IMG/VR virus record: IMGVR_UViG_2660238061_000008
DNA: 18,498 nucleotides
Strand: one strand, 5' to 3'
From: a virus
Taxonomy: Duplodnaviria; Heunggongvirae; Uroviricota; Caudoviricetes
Positions 17,311 through 18,498 of this stretch are shown in pieces (the stretch's first letter is position 1; the number at the start of each line of letters is the position of its first letter). The position numbers and the translations under genes were made by a program. The notes beneath the pieces are model-generated. The model was not told the DNA's origin and searched no databases. It saw only the letters and a program-made list of their open reading frames with translations.

Positions 17311-17320
17311 NNNNNNNNNN
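17311..17320. other. Assembly gap (10 N): scaffold join between a prophage contig and a chromosomal contig
   Basis: Run of n characters; sequence character changes abruptly across it from phage tail gene L to REP elements and mhpE. Confidence 0.95.
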
Positions 17321-17440
17321 CACGCCGCATCCGGCTGTCGTGCGCAGATGCCTGATGCGACGCTAACACGTCTTATCAGGCCTACAAATTCTCACGCCAC
17401 CCGTAGGCCGGACAAGACGTTTACGCCGCATCCGGCAGTC
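17321..17440. repeat. REP/BIME cluster (repetitive extragenic palindromes)
   Basis: GCCTGATGCGACGCTAACACGTCTTATCAGGCCTAC (17350-17385) and inverted copy GTAGGCCGGACAAGACGTTTACGCCGCATCCGGCA (17403-17437) match the E. coli REP consensus; a partial copy abuts the gap. Confidence 0.8.
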
Positions 17441-17484
17441 GTGCTGGGATGGGCATACAAAATGCACGTTATCGGCAGTCATCA

Positions 17485-18498
17485 TTATTTGTTGTTGCGC
17501 AGATCCAGCGCCACGTCGACGATCATATCCTCCTGGCCGCCAACCATCCGGCGTTTGCCCAGCTCAACGAGAATATCCACCGCACTTAAGCCATAACGCG
17601 CCGCCGCCGTTTCACAGTGACGCAGGAAGCTCGAGTAAACACCAGCGTATCCCAGCGCCAGCGTTTCGCGATCGACTCGTACCGGTCGATCCTGCAACGG
17701 ACGCACCAGGTCGTCGGCGGCATCCATTAACGCATAGAGATCGGTCCCATGCTGCCAGCCCAGTTTATCCGCGGCGGCAATAAACACTTCCAGCGGTGCG
17801 TTACCTGCGCCCGCGCCCATTCCCGCGAGGCTGGCGTCGATTCGGTCGCAGCCCTCTTCCACCGCCGCGATAGAGTTCGCCACGCCAAGACTCAGGTTAT
17901 GGTGAGCGTGCATGCCAGTTTGCGTTTCTGGTTTCAGCTCTGCTTTCAGGGCGCGGAAACGGTCACGGATATCGCTCATGTTCATCGCACCGCCAGAATC
18001 CACCACATAAATACAGGTCGCACCGTAGCCTTCCATCAGCTTTGCCTGCTTGGCGAGATTCTCCGGCGTGGTCATATGGCTCATCATCAGAAAACCAACG
18101 GTGTCCATTCCGAGCTCGCGGGCATACTGAATATGCTGGGCGGAAACATCAGCTTCGGTACAGTGCGTTGCCACACTAACCACCCGCGCGCCAGCCTGCC
18201 AGGCATTTTTCAGATCGTGAATAGTGCCGATTCCTGGCAGCAACAACGTCGCGATTTTGGCGTGCTTCACCACATCCGCCGCCGCTTCAATCCATTCAAG
18301 GTCGCTATGTGCGCCGAAACCATAGTTAAAGCTGGAACCTTGCAAACCGTCGCCGTGGGCCACTTCAATCGAATCCACGCGGGCATCGTCCAGTGCTTTG
18401 GCAATCTGGCGAACGTTTTCCAGCGAATACTGATGACGAATGGCGTGCATACCGTCACGCAATGTGACGTCCGAGATATAAAGTTTTTTACCGTTCAT
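17485..18498 (-). CDS. mhpE: 4-hydroxy-2-oxovalerate aldolase (3-hydroxyphenylpropionate degradation)
   Basis: 337-aa translation [66 protein letters not shown]... is essentially E. coli MhpE; start codon sits at the window edge (18496-18498). Confidence 0.95.
   Translation of the reverse strand: MNGKKLYISDVTLRDGMHAIRHQYSLENVRQIAKALDDARVDSIEVAHGDGLQGSSFNYGFGAHSDLEWIEAAADVVKHAKIATLLLPGIGTIHDLKNAWQAGARVVSVATHCTEADVSAQHIQYARELGMDTVGFLMMSHMTTPENLAKQAKLMEGYGATCIYVVDSGGAMNMSDIRDRFRALKAELKPETQTGMHAHHNLSLGVANSIAAVEEGCDRIDASLAGMGAGAGNAPLEVFIAAADKLGWQHGTDLYALMDAADDLVRPLQDRPVRVDRETLALGYAGVYSSFLRHCETAAARYGLSAVDILVELGKRRMVGGQEDMIVDVALDLRNNK

Noticed and set aside
17321-17484. + strand ORF continuing past the N-gap (second half of ORF 16949-17596)
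   Set aside because: After the Ns the frame runs through REP elements and antisense mhpE; the ORF is an artefact of reading across the gap.

Overview
The window is almost entirely the late region of a lambdoid prophage on the + strand (positions 1-17310), joined across a 10-N assembly gap to unrelated E. coli chromosomal sequence (REP elements and mhpE on the - strand). All homology calls are from reading the translations against remembered family sequences; no search was run. Layout: (i) a lysis cassette with a SAR-type endolysin and an Rz/Rz1 spanin pair, Rz1 embedded out of frame in Rz; (ii) an AT-rich accessory (moron) island at about 1560-4000 with a CspA-family cold-shock gene, a Gns-family gene and several small unassigned ORFs; (iii) a cos-like site followed by small and large terminase; (iv) head genes W, portal, a single large ClpP-protease/scaffold/major-capsid fusion gene (Gifsy-2-like), a small decoration-type protein and FII; (v) lambda-like tail genes Z, U, V, G, T, H, M and a truncated L. 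I found no CRISPR array, tRNA, integrase or recognisable multi-gene defence system. The most worthwhile points for follow-up are the small unassigned accessory ORFs (including a Cys-rich ORF after csp and a - strand ORF upstream of the endolysin), the non-canonical G/T frameshift site, the fused capsid gene, conserved hairpins, and the artificial prophage/chromosome junction.
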